Below, piece after piece: positions 52,632 to 62,270 of a stretch of 64,000 nucleotides of DNA (position 1 is its first letter; every line of letters starts with the position of its first letter). The DNA lies in assembly GCA_037137535.1 (NCBI GenBank), contig JBAXKC010000010.1, positions 1 to 64,000 on the forward strand. Reading direction: 5' to 3'. The notes beneath the pieces were generated by a model. The model did not search any database. It saw nothing but the letters and a program-made list of their open reading frames with translations, and was not told the DNA's origin. The translations under genes and the position numbers were made by a program. The stretch is from a bacterium. GTDB taxonomy: Bacteria; Cyanobacteriota; Vampirovibrionia; Gastranaerophilales; JBAXKC01.

Positions 52632-52801
52632 TGAAAATTGCCAATAAACTATTTGAGATTGAAACTCAAATGCCTATAAATTCAGAATACATAGAAAACC
52701 ATATAAGAAAAAAAGGGTACGAGCCTTTAAGATGGGCAATAGTTAAAGCAGATAATAAAACAATAGAAATTGAAGCTACAATTATAAAGACCGACAATTA
52801 A
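52631..52801 (+). CDS. Unlisted 56-aa protein with PLRWAI motif
   Basis: TAATG overlap with the glmS stop; MKIANKLFEIETQMPINSEYIENHIRKKGYEPLRWAIVKADNKTIEIEATIIKTDN; hairpin terminator 52786-52818. Confidence 0.7.
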   Translation: MKIANKLFEIETQMPINSEYIENHIRKKGYEPLRWAIVKADNKTIEIEATIIKTDN

Positions 52802-52826
52802 ATGTCGGTCTTTGTTTTAAACCGAC

Positions 52827-52922
52827 AAAAAAAAACCTGTAAATATAACAGGTTTTGTAAGTTCAGAATGTGTGTGTGAGTTAATTCAATAAATAATAAA
52901 AATTATTATTATTATTTACTTA
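52827..52922 (-). ncRNA. Candidate small RNA (hairpin - ACUCACACACACA - terminator), Yfr1-like layout
   Basis: TTGACT-N17-TAACTT promoter (52957-52929), 10-bp 5' stem, unpaired CA-rich tract, AAAACCTGT/ACAGGTTTT terminator with U9 tail. Confidence 0.55.
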
Positions 52923-53008
52923 TTAGATAAGTTACTATTAATAATTATCAAAGTCAAGAGTTCTTCACATAATTTTAATAAAGTATCCAAATTGTGTTTA
53001 CATATTCT

Positions 53009-53024
53009 TGTGAATTTAATCACG
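53009..53024. promoter_or_regulatory. CRP/FNR-family-like binding site
   Basis: TGTGA-ATTTAA-TCACG, 9/10 match to TGTGA-N6-TCACA. Confidence 0.4.
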
Positions 53025-53140
53025 AATAAATTAATTAATATATTCTAATTATGACAATACGACTTATTATTTTTCAAAAAATTAAAAATCTCTTATTTTT
53101 ATAATAAAATCAAGATTATAATAAGCATAAAGGTTAAATT

Positions 53141-53974
53141 ATGGATAAACTATTATTTGCAACAGCAGGCATTCCTGAAAGAACAAAGCCAAGAACCTAT
53201 GAAAAAGCATTGCATGATCTTGTTGAGATGAAACTTGGTGGAATGGAAGTGGAATTTGTGCGAGGGGTGAATATGAACCCTAAAACACAAGTGGAAGTAG
53301 CTAAATTATCTAAAGAACTTAATTTAACATTAACAGCTCATGGACCTTATTATATAAATCTTAATTCTCAAGAAGAAGATAAAGTAGAAGCAAGCATAAC
53401 AAGAATTCTTGACACCGCAAGAGTTGCTTCAGCTTTTGGCGGATACAGCATAACCTTTCATGCCGCTTATTATATGAAATGTGATAAACAAAAAGTCTAT
53501 GATCTTATCAGAGAAAGATTAACACTAATTACCGACACACTAAAAAAAGAAAATATAAATATTTGGGTAAGACCTGAATTGACAGGAAAACCAGTACAAT
53601 GGGGCGACCTTGACGAGTTAATATCAATTTCAAAAGATGTTGATATGGTTTTACCTTGTATAGATTTTTCACATTTACACGCAAGAACAGCAGGTGCTTA
53701 TAATACCTACGACGAATTTGCTGAAATACTTGATAAAATAGGTAATGGACTAGGGGATGTTGCAATAAATAATTTCCACGCTCACGTAGCAGGTATAGAA
53801 TACTCGGCAAAAGGCGAAAAAAGACATTTACTGTTAGATGAATCTGATTTTAATTATAAAGACCTTATGAAAGCCATTAAAAATTATGGTGTAAAAGGAA
53901 TAGTAATTTGCGAAAGTCCTAATTTAGAAGGCGATGCACTATTATTACAACATACTTATGAAAGTTTGGCATAA
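53141..53974 (+). CDS. nfo: Endonuclease IV-like TIM-barrel protein (archaeal-type AP endonuclease 2)
   Basis: EVEFVRGV, HGPYYINLNS, PELTGK..WG.L.E, PCIDFSHLHAR, GEKRH, ICESP.LE.DAL. Confidence 0.85.
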   Translation: MDKLLFATAGIPERTKPRTYEKALHDLVEMKLGGMEVEFVRGVNMNPKTQVEVAKLSKELNLTLTAHGPYYINLNSQEEDKVEASITRILDTARVASAFGGYSITFHAAYYMKCDKQKVYDLIRERLTLITDTLKKENINIWVRPELTGKPVQWGDLDELISISKDVDMVLPCIDFSHLHARTAGAYNTYDEFAEILDKIGNGLGDVAINNFHAHVAGIEYSAKGEKRHLLLDESDFNYKDLMKAIKNYGVKGIVICESPNLEGDALLLQHTYESLA

Positions 53975-53976
53975 AT

Positions 53977-55434
53977 ATGGCTTATAAAGATTTACGAGAA
54001 TTTATAGAATTTTTAAGACAAAAAAATGAACTTGTCGAAATAAACGCACCTGTAAGCTCTGAATATGAAATAACGGAAATAACTGACCTAGCAAGTAAGA
54101 ACATTGATTTTGAGAATAAAGCACTTCTTTTTAACAATGTAGAAGGTTATAACATGCCTGTTTTAACCAATGCTTTCGGTTCTTATAACAGAATGGCAAT
54201 ATCATTGGGAGTTGAAAATGTAAAAGATATTGCAAAACGAATTAATAATCTTATTAAACCTGATGTTCCCGATAGTTTAGTCGCAAAAGCCGCTTTATTG
54301 CCGAGATTATTTGAAGTAAGCCAGTTTTTCCCACAACTTGTAAATGATGCACCTTGTCAAGAAGTTGTTATTACTGATTTAACACAGCCTATACTTGATA
54401 AATTACCTGTATTAAAATGCTGGCCACAAGATGCGGGGAAGTTTTTTACACTTCCGCTTGTAATTACCAAAAATCCGCATACAGGCACAAGAAATATGGG
54501 TATGTACAGGCTACAAGTCTTTGATAACCTTACAACAGGAATGCATTGGCATAAACACCATGACGGAGCTAAGAACTTTGAAGAATCAAAAAAACTCAAC
54601 AAAAAATTCGAAATAGCAGTAGCTTTAGGCGGAGATCCTGCTATTACTTACGCAGCAACAGCTCCTGTCCCCGGTGGAATTGACGAGTTTATATTTGCAG
54701 GATTTTTAAGAAAAAAACCTGTTAAACTTGTAAAATGTAAAACGGTTGATATTGAAGTTCCTGCCGATGCCGAAATAATTCTTGAAGGTTACGTTGACCT
54801 TCAAGAAACAAGAAGAGAAGGGCCTTTTGGCGATCATACAGGCTATTATAGTCTTGCGGATAATTATCCCGTTTTTCACGTTACAGCCATGACTCATAGA
54901 AAAAATCCTATATTTCCTGCAACAGTAGTGGGAAAACCACCGCAAGAAGACTGTTATATGGGCAAAGCCACAGAACAAATTTTCTTGCCTGTCTTACAAC
55001 AAATAGTCCCTGAAATAATAGACATGAATCTTCCTATAGAAGGAGTTTTTCACAATTGTGCAATTATCAGTATTGATAAAAGATACCCTGGACATGCTCA
55101 AAAAATAATTTCTGCCGTTTGGGGAATTGGTCAATTAATGTTTACAAAATTCGTAATTGTAGTTGATAATGATGTCGATGTGCATAATATTTCGGAAGTC
55201 AGCTGGAAAATATTTAATAACGTAGACCCTTCTAGAGATTGTATAATTGCAAAAGGCCCGCTTGATGTGCTTGACCACTCCTGCGATATAATCGGATATG
55301 GCGGAAAAATGGGAATAGATGCAACTAAAAAACTTCCCAGCGAAGGTTTTACAAGAGAATGGCCGGACGAAATAATTATGAGCGAAGAAATCAAACAAAA
55401 AGTAAACTCAAGACTAAAGGAGTATCTGAAATAA
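53977..55434 (+). CDS. ubiD: UbiD-family (menaquinone biosynthesis-type) decarboxylase
   Basis: RNMGMYR, EGPFGDHTGYY, GKPPQED, KMGIDAT. Confidence 0.9.
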   Translation: MAYKDLREFIEFLRQKNELVEINAPVSSEYEITEITDLASKNIDFENKALLFNNVEGYNMPVLTNAFGSYNRMAISLGVENVKDIAKRINNLIKPDVPDSLVAKAALLPRLFEVSQFFPQLVNDAPCQEVVITDLTQPILDKLPVLKCWPQDAGKFFTLPLVITKNPHTGTRNMGMYRLQVFDNLTTGMHWHKHHDGAKNFEESKKLNKKFEIAVALGGDPAITYAATAPVPGGIDEFIFAGFLRKKPVKLVKCKTVDIEVPADAEIILEGYVDLQETRREGPFGDHTGYYSLADNYPVFHVTAMTHRKNPIFPATVVGKPPQEDCYMGKATEQIFLPVLQQIVPEIIDMNLPIEGVFHNCAIISIDKRYPGHAQKIISAVWGIGQLMFTKFVIVVDNDVDVHNISEVSWKIFNNVDPSRDCIIAKGPLDVLDHSCDIIGYGGKMGIDATKKLPSEGFTREWPDEIIMSEEIKQKVNSRLKEYLK

Positions 55435-55878
55435 ATGCAAAATTTAACTTTTTATATTGCTTATAATGATGAATTAAAAGCAAAATGCGATGAAGTAAAA
55501 CAAAAAGTATTTATGGAAGAACAAGATCTAGCAAAAGAAATTGTTTTTGATGATATTGAAAAATGGGCTGTGCATTTTGTTGTTTTAGATGAGGAATTAC
55601 CTGTTGCAACTGCTAGAATGTTAGTTAATGAAAATGATTCCGTAAAAGTCGGTAGAGTTGCTGTAATAAAAGAATACAGAGGACAAGGTGTTGGTAAACT
55701 TCTAATGCATAGAATTGCAAGCTATTGTCAAAAAAATGCAACAAAAAAAATAAAGTTATCCTCACAAGCAACAGCTAAGCCTTTTTATGAAAAACTTGGA
55801 TATATTCAAACAAGCGAAGAATACTGTGAAGCAGGAATTCCTCACTATATGATGGAACTTCAATTATCAGAGGTTTAA
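55435..55878 (+). CDS. GNAT acetyltransferase (ElaA/YjcF-like)
   Basis: VFMEEQ, GRVAV..YRGQGVG, FYEKLGY, EAGIPH..M. Confidence 0.88.
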   Translation: MQNLTFYIAYNDELKAKCDEVKQKVFMEEQDLAKEIVFDDIEKWAVHFVVLDEELPVATARMLVNENDSVKVGRVAVIKEYRGQGVGKLLMHRIASYCQKNATKKIKLSSQATAKPFYEKLGYIQTSEEYCEAGIPHYMMELQLSEV

Positions 55879-55879
55879 A

Positions 55880-56698
55880 ATGTCCCGAAAAATAAGAGTT
55901 TTAACACTTCAATTTAATCCTGTTATCGCTAATAAACAGACTAATTTTGGTAAAGTATCTGAACTGATTGAAAAAAACTGTTGGTTTAATCCTGATTTAG
56001 TTATTTTGCCTGAAGTTTTTAATATTGGAGCAGCACATAAATATTTTCAGAAAATGGCAGAAGAAATACCAAATGGAGAAACTTCGCTTTTTCTTTCCAA
56101 TTTGGCAAAAAAATTCCATACAAATATTATTGGCGGAAGTTTCCCAGAAAAAGCCGATAACGGAAAATATAAAAATACTTGCTGTGTCTATGACAGGAAC
56201 GGAAAACTTGTTGCTAAATACAGTAAAATTCACATGTTTTCCTATTACGGAAGTAAAGAAGGCGATTTTTTAGAATCTGGAAATGAAGCGGTTATAGCTA
56301 ATCTTGATATTGGAAAAATCGGTCTTGGAATTTGTTATGATCTTAGATTTCCCGAATTATTCAGAAGTTTAGTTTATTCGGGAGCTAAAATCATTGCACT
56401 CCCAGCAGCTTGGCCTTATCCTAGGCTTGAACATTGGACAACACTAAGCAAAGCAAGAGCAATTGAAAATCTTTGCTATGTAATAACTTCTAATCATTGT
56501 GCAAAAACAACGCCATCTCGTTTAAACTTAGGTCATTCCTCAATTATTAACCCCTGGGGCGAAATCATTGCCTGTGCCGGTTCTGAGGAAGGTGTTGCAA
56601 TGGCTGAAATTGACTTAAATTTCGTCAAAAAAGTAAGAGAAGAGTTTAGGGTTCTTGAAGACAGGAATTTAAACGCATACAATAATATAATTTTATGA
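55880..56698 (+). CDS. Carbon-nitrogen hydrolase (Nit/omega-amidase family)
   Basis: LPE, YSKIHMF, ICYDLRFPE triad motifs; ARAIEN. Confidence 0.92.
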   Translation: MSRKIRVLTLQFNPVIANKQTNFGKVSELIEKNCWFNPDLVILPEVFNIGAAHKYFQKMAEEIPNGETSLFLSNLAKKFHTNIIGGSFPEKADNGKYKNTCCVYDRNGKLVAKYSKIHMFSYYGSKEGDFLESGNEAVIANLDIGKIGLGICYDLRFPELFRSLVYSGAKIIALPAAWPYPRLEHWTTLSKARAIENLCYVITSNHCAKTTPSRLNLGHSSIINPWGEIIACAGSEEGVAMAEIDLNFVKKVREEFRVLEDRNLNAYNNIIL

Positions 56699-56871
56699 AA
56701 AGAAAAAACTGGAATGCTTGCTATATTTGCAAACATATAAAACTTTGTATTTCGGGAAAAAACAGAATTATAAATATTTCAGCTGATAACACAATTTTAA
56801 ATGACATTGGATGTTTTGATTTTGAACAATATAAAAAGCAGATTGAGCCAAGACAATTAGGTTTATTTTAA
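56695..56871 (+). CDS. Unlisted 58-aa four-Cys microprotein with C-terminal QLGLF
   Basis: ATGA overlap with the nitrilase stop; CxxC-x5-C-x21-C; ends RQLGLF-stop. Confidence 0.65.
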   Translation: MKRKNWNACYICKHIKLCISGKNRIINISADNTILNDIGCFDFEQYKKQIEPRQLGLF

Positions 56872-56997
56872 AAACTCACGCGAAATCTGAATTAAATTGT
56901 AACAAAATAATACAAACATATTCTTTTAGATTAAAGAAAAATAGCAAATTTGCCGAAAACTCATGTATGAAGCTATTAAAGAGAAGGAAGTCAATAT

Positions 56998-58455
56998 ATG
57001 GGTATCGAAGAATTAAAGAATTCATTTAACGCATTTCAAAAGTTATATGTTCAAAAACATGGAAAAGAAGCTGATGCTGATGAACTTGTAAATTATGCCA
57101 AATCTCAAAATACAGACATATTTTCAACATGGGATACATTGTTTGATAATGATGCTAATGTTGGTAACAGTATAAACTCAAAAAGCTATTTTGCCGATGG
57201 AAATAATTTATTATTTCAATCAGATGATGGAAAGGTAACAGCTTTCAATCTTGCAGATGGTACAGTAAAACAAGCCACAAATGCGGATATGGCAAAAATG
57301 CTCGATCAGCTTGATGATGATAAAACAAATAACTCAATTACAACGGAAATGATTGCTAACAGTAGAATGAAACTGGGCAGTGATAAAATTGACTTTTTTG
57401 AATCACTAAACGTTAAAGATAAAAATGTAGAAACTAATGATACAGGTAATGCTAAAGTTACCATTTCAAGTGAAGATACACAAAAATTATTAAACACGAT
57501 GATTCAAAAAACAGCTTCAGCTAATATTCATGAGCTTATGCAAAAACTACAAGCTGATCCAAAACTTGCAGATCAACTTCAAGATACAATCTCTGATTAT
57601 ATTAAAAATGTATTCGGCGGCGGTAATTCAACAACAGCTCTTAAAACCCTTACTGATATGGGGCAATTGCCACAATCAGCAGATGCTGTTAATCAAGCCT
57701 ATCAAGCAGCCGTTAAACAGGTATATAATAGTGTAATAAAATCTTTTACTGATAATTCAAAAACAAACCATGACATACAATTTGTTCTTGGTGATATTCA
57801 TGCAACTCAAACTGATCTTAGTGGGATAAAATTAAATCTTCAAACTCAAGTTAATGCTGAAGAAGCAGCAAGAGCCGCCGCAGAAGCGGCTAAAAAAGCA
57901 GCTAATGATCAAACAGTTCTTGATTCAATGACAAACATTGAGCTTCAGGCTGTTTGGGATAGTGGAAATCATAATCAAGCACTTGGAGATGAAATCCACG
58001 AGCGTTATGCACAAGGCGATCGTTCGATGCATGATCCTATGGGCTTTAATCTTGATGGTGTAAGATTTGATTTCATTGAAGATAAAAACAAAGATGGCAA
58101 ATTTGATGGTGCAAATGAATTTGTTGGCTATGATAACGGTTGGAATGAACTAAAAAAATACGATGATAATGGAGATGGAAAAATTAGCGGAAAAGAGCTG
58201 GAAGACTTAGAAGTGCTAGTTACTGATGATAAAACCGGAAAAACTTATACAGAAGATGCAGCAGCACTTGGGATAACAAATGTTGACCTTAAGTCTTTTC
58301 AGCAAAAAAATGAAGTAAATAAAGAAGGAAATCTTCTTGCAGGACTATTTGATGTTGAAATAAAAGATAAAAAAATAGTTGCGGAGCAAACTTTTGATAA
58401 AGATGAATATCTTGAGAAAAAATACGGTTCTTATTATGGAATAGATATGGCTTAA
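56998..58455 (+). CDS. Hypothetical acidic protein with C-terminal EF-hand-like Ca-binding motifs
   Basis: DKNKDGKFD and DDNGDGKISGKE; AAGGA RBS; no signal peptide. Confidence 0.75.
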   Translation: MGIEELKNSFNAFQKLYVQKHGKEADADELVNYAKSQNTDIFSTWDTLFDNDANVGNSINSKSYFADGNNLLFQSDDGKVTAFNLADGTVKQATNADMAKMLDQLDDDKTNNSITTEMIANSRMKLGSDKIDFFESLNVKDKNVETNDTGNAKVTISSEDTQKLLNTMIQKTASANIHELMQKLQADPKLADQLQDTISDYIKNVFGGGNSTTALKTLTDMGQLPQSADAVNQAYQAAVKQVYNSVIKSFTDNSKTNHDIQFVLGDIHATQTDLSGIKLNLQTQVNAEEAARAAAEAAKKAANDQTVLDSMTNIELQAVWDSGNHNQALGDEIHERYAQGDRSMHDPMGFNLDGVRFDFIEDKNKDGKFDGANEFVGYDNGWNELKKYDDNGDGKISGKELEDLEVLVTDDKTGKTYTEDAAALGITNVDLKSFQQKNEVNKEGNLLAGLFDVEIKDKKIVAEQTFDKDEYLEKKYGSYYGIDMA

Positions 58456-58584
58456 TAAAAGATGAACAACTCTCTTTAGGTTACTAAGATCCTCCCTTTT
58501 TGCAGAAAAATGGGAGGATTTTTATTTATTGTTCTTTATTATAAAATAGCTTTATTAAAGGGCTCAATATATAAGGAACTGATA

Positions 58585-59448
58585 ATGTCACAAACACTTA
58601 AATTCACTAAAATGCAAGGATTAGGTAATGACTTTATTCTTGTAGACGGCAAAGAAGTAAAAGATTTAGGATTAGATTATTCTAATATTGCGGTAAAAAT
58701 GTGCGATAGAAATTTTGGCATTGGCGGAGATGGTTTAATTATCGTAAATCCTCCAGAAGTTGAAGCTGACACAGATACAAGCTGGAGAATAATAAACTCA
58801 GACGGATCAGAACCTCAAATGTGCGGAAATGGCATAAGATGCTTCGCAAAATATGTATATGAAAAAGGCATTGTAGATAAGAAAAAATTTACAATTTGGA
58901 CTTTAGCGGGAACAATTATTCCAGAGATTTTAGATAATGGCGAAGTTAAAGTAGATATGGGTTCACCTATTCTTGAAGCGGAAAAAGTACCTGTAAAAGT
59001 TGAAGGACAACAAGAAGTAATTAATTATCCGCTAACAGTAAAAGATAAAACTTTTAATATAAATGCCGTCAGTATGGGAAATCCTCATTGTATTATTTTC
59101 ACCGAGGAGGATACCGAATTATTAGCTAAAGAATATGGCCCATATATTGAAAAACATGAAATATTTCCTGAAAAAACAAATGTTGAATTTGTGAAAATTC
59201 TTGCAAGCGACAGAATCAAAATTGATGTATGGGAAAGAGGTTGTGGCATAACTTTAGCATGTGGAACAGGTGCTTGTGCATCGACAGTTGCCGCAATTGT
59301 AAATAAATTTACACAAAATGAAGTAACTGCAGAACTCCCTGGAGGCAACCTTAAAATCAAGTGGCAACAGGATAATGGGCTAAATAAACTATACATGAGC
59401 GGTCCTGCTGAATTTGTTTTTTTTGGAGAATACTTGTTAGCAAAATAG
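58585..59448 (+). CDS. dapF: Diaminopimelate epimerase
   Basis: FTKMQGLGNDF, MCGNGIRC, MGNPH, ERG.G.TLACGTGAC; start at ATG 58585. Confidence 0.96.
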   Translation: MSQTLKFTKMQGLGNDFILVDGKEVKDLGLDYSNIAVKMCDRNFGIGGDGLIIVNPPEVEADTDTSWRIINSDGSEPQMCGNGIRCFAKYVYEKGIVDKKKFTIWTLAGTIIPEILDNGEVKVDMGSPILEAEKVPVKVEGQQEVINYPLTVKDKTFNINAVSMGNPHCIIFTEEDTELLAKEYGPYIEKHEIFPEKTNVEFVKILASDRIKIDVWERGCGITLACGTGACASTVAAIVNKFTQNEVTAELPGGNLKIKWQQDNGLNKLYMSGPAEFVFFGEYLLAK

Positions 59449-59517
59449 TTTTTTCATGATAATATTTAAACTTGTAAAGTTATAGATTAATAAATTGGCT
59501 AGAGAGGAATACCAACC

Positions 59518-59823
59518 TTGAAAAAATACGATTTTATTTGCATTATTAAAACAAATCTTGATATAGAAGGCGTTGATCAAGTTGTTGCTAATATCGAAAA
59601 CACAATCGCTAACTTTGGCGGTAATGTAGTTAGCACCGATAAAATTGGTCGTAAGAAATTAGCATACGAAGTTGATAATTACAGAGACGGATTCTATGTA
59701 AACTTTGTAATGGAACTTTGTGAAGAAAGAATCACTGAACTCAGAAGATACTTAAAATTAAATGAAAATGTTTTAAGAGAAATGATTACAGTTCAAGACA
59801 AAGTAAAAGTTGCAGTAAAGTAG
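59518..59823 (+). CDS. rpsF: 30S ribosomal protein S6
   Basis: GRKKLAYEV..G.Y; rpsF-ssb-rpsR synteny. Confidence 0.93.
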   Translation: MKKYDFICIIKTNLDIEGVDQVVANIENTIANFGGNVVSTDKIGRKKLAYEVDNYRDGFYVNFVMELCEERITELRRYLKLNENVLREMITVQDKVKVAVK

Positions 59824-59864
59824 TTTTTACAAGCAACATGTTTTAAAATTAACGGAGTTTCAAA

Positions 59865-60272
59865 ATGAGCATTAGTAAAGCTGTCCTTTCAGGCAGAGTA
59901 GCAAGAAATCCCGAAAAACGATTTACAACTAATAATATTCCTATTACTTTTTTCAATATTGATATTGGTGAAAATAATGATGAAATGCTTTTAAGAGTTA
60001 TTGCAAAAGGCAAGCTTGCCGAAAAAGCAGTAGATGCTTTTAAAAAGGATGATATTGTTGTTATAGATGGTAGACTTCAATACTATACAGTTAAAGCACA
60101 AGACGGAACAGATAAAAAAGCTCTTGAGATTGATGCTACAAATATTGAAGTTATGGGTAAATCTTCGGCTCCATCAACGGCTGATAGTGATTTTTCTTTT
60201 GAAACAGGCTTTGATGGATTAGATGAAGTCAGTAGCGTTGATTTAATAGGTGATGATGAAATACCATTCTAG
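59865..60272 (+). CDS. ssb: Single-stranded DNA-binding protein
   Basis: OB-fold pattern, C-terminal DDEIPF. Confidence 0.92.
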   Translation: MSISKAVLSGRVARNPEKRFTTNNIPITFFNIDIGENNDEMLLRVIAKGKLAEKAVDAFKKDDIVVIDGRLQYYTVKAQDGTDKKALEIDATNIEVMGKSSAPSTADSDFSFETGFDGLDEVSSVDLIGDDEIPF

Positions 60273-60290
60273 GAAAGGATAAATATAATA

Positions 60291-60527
60291 ATGGCAAGAC
60301 CTTCAATGGACTCAAGAAAAAAACGTAAACCATGCAATTTCTGTGCGGATAAAGTTGATAGAATCGACTTTAAAGATGGATTAAGACTAAAAAGATACTT
60401 AACCGAAAGAGGGAAAATTCTTCCTAGAAGAATTACAGGAAACTGCTCTTTCCATCAAAGAGTTCTTGCTAGTTCTGTAAAAAGAGCTAGAGAGATGGCT
60501 TTAATCGGTTATATCTTCGAAGGGTAA
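60291..60527 (+). CDS. rpsR: 30S ribosomal protein S18 (Zn-binding form)
   Basis: [27 protein letters not shown]. Confidence 0.96.
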   Translation: MARPSMDSRKKRKPCNFCADKVDRIDFKDGLRLKRYLTERGKILPRRITGNCSFHQRVLASSVKRAREMALIGYIFEG

Positions 60528-60661
60528 ACAAATATATTGCGGGAATGTATTATCATTCCCGCAATACTTCTAAAATAAATTTCAAACTCACGTTTTTTTG
60601 TTCTATAAGCTGGCATATGACGTGAGCAATTGCACTTTGTATTGCTTTTTGTTGGAATTAA

Positions 60662-61735
60662 ATGATTATGAATAACTTTTTCGAATCGGATATAGATTGT
60701 AACCAAAAAATTCAGGAGCTTAGAGCGGAAATAAATGCTAACCCTGAAAAAGTCGAACCATATATTTTGCTTGGCACAACGCTTGCTTATAATAATTATA
60801 TGGATGAAGCTATAGAAATATTTGAGTTACTTTTAGAAAATCATCCTGAAAATATACAAGGTTTATTAAATCTTGGTAGTGCATATTTTTATGTAGCAAA
60901 TAACGAAAAAGCCGTTGAATTGTATCAAAAAGCAATAGAATTAGTCCCCGATAATTATACGGGTTATCTTAATTTAGCCAATGTCTTTGCGGAATTAGGC
61001 GAATTTCAGCGAGCATTGGAATTATACAATAAAGCATTAGAATTAAACTTGGGAGATAGCGAGATATTTTCTGCTATTGGGCTTTTATATCAGGATTTTG
61101 GAAAATATGAAGAAGCCTATTCTTACTTTAAAAAGGCTAATGAGAGCTTAACTGGAGATTATGAAAATCATATCAATCTCGCAAGTGCATCAATGCAACT
61201 GGGTAGACTTGATGAGGCTATAAATTGCTATAAACTGGCTTCTGAAATAAATAATAAAGATTATAAATCATTAGTTTGTATTGGTAACGCTCTTTCTGAA
61301 CAAAATAAATTTTATGAAGCCTATAAATACTATGAAAAAGCGATTAATATAAAGGCTGATTTTGCAAAAGCATATCTTTGTTATGGAATTTCTCTTTCCG
61401 AAGCAGGCGATCTTGATGAAGCAATCAAAAAATATAGAAAAGCAGCTGAAATTGATGAGTCTGACTCAAAAATCAATATAATTCTTGCAAATGCCTTAGT
61501 TGATAAAGGCGAATATGCTGAAGCAATTGAGCATTATCGAGTATCATTAGAGAAAAGCCCAAATAATGTCGTTTCTTATATTGCATTAGGTCATGTTTTT
61601 GCAATGAAAGGTGATATAGAAGAGGCTGTAAACTTTTACCGTAAAGCGAGTAAAATTGAACCTGAAAATGAAGAGATAAGTACCATTTATATTGATGCAT
61701 TAGAAGAATTTTTAGCTCGACAAGACAGCTTTTAG
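60662..61735 (+). CDS. Tetratricopeptide repeat protein
   Basis: About nine consecutive TPR units. Confidence 0.9.
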   Translation: MIMNNFFESDIDCNQKIQELRAEINANPEKVEPYILLGTTLAYNNYMDEAIEIFELLLENHPENIQGLLNLGSAYFYVANNEKAVELYQKAIELVPDNYTGYLNLANVFAELGEFQRALELYNKALELNLGDSEIFSAIGLLYQDFGKYEEAYSYFKKANESLTGDYENHINLASASMQLGRLDEAINCYKLASEINNKDYKSLVCIGNALSEQNKFYEAYKYYEKAINIKADFAKAYLCYGISLSEAGDLDEAIKKYRKAAEIDESDSKINIILANALVDKGEYAEAIEHYRVSLEKSPNNVVSYIALGHVFAMKGDIEEAVNFYRKASKIEPENEEISTIYIDALEEFLARQDSF

Positions 61736-61758
61736 CTTATATACAAGGAAAACACTCT

Positions 61759-62223
61759 ATGATTAAAAAAAGAAATTATAATAATAGATTTTCTAATAGC
61801 GTTGATATAAAAGACAGGATATTCTCAATAATAACTTATTTAACAATGGGAACATTCGGTTTTATTTGGTTAATAATTTCTCACGTTAGAGGCACAAATA
61901 TAAGTAATTATTTAAGATTTAATATAACTCAATCCATTTTTATCAGCGTGGCATTATATTTATTAAATATTATTCTTAGCTTTTTAGTTGGATTAATTGA
62001 ATTTATCATTAAAATTATAGATATCATTCCATTCATTGGTAATTTTATTGCAGGCTTTTTAAACATAATTATGAGTTTTACTCTTAACTTTGGCATATTT
62101 AACTATTCAATATTTGAATTGCTTTTTATAGTGTTGAATTTTTATTTTATTTTCATGTCAGTTGTTGGTAAATACCCTGAATTACCTTATGTTTCAGATA
62201 AAATTGTCCGTAGAATGATATAA
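61759..62223 (+). CDS. Tic20/DUF4870-like membrane protein
   Basis: DRI...YLT..RFNITQS..GKYPELPYVSD pattern. Confidence 0.6.
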   Translation: MIKKRNYNNRFSNSVDIKDRIFSIITYLTMGTFGFIWLIISHVRGTNISNYLRFNITQSIFISVALYLLNIILSFLVGLIEFIIKIIDIIPFIGNFIAGFLNIIMSFTLNFGIFNYSIFELLFIVLNFYFIFMSVVGKYPELPYVSDKIVRRMI

Positions 62224-62270
62224 TAAAATATAGTAAATAGTTTAATAAAATTTAAAAAAGTTGGACACAA

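Noticed and set aside
56898-56914. NtcA box upstream of the EF-hand-like gene
   Set aside because: Spacing is GTA-N9-TAC, not N8.
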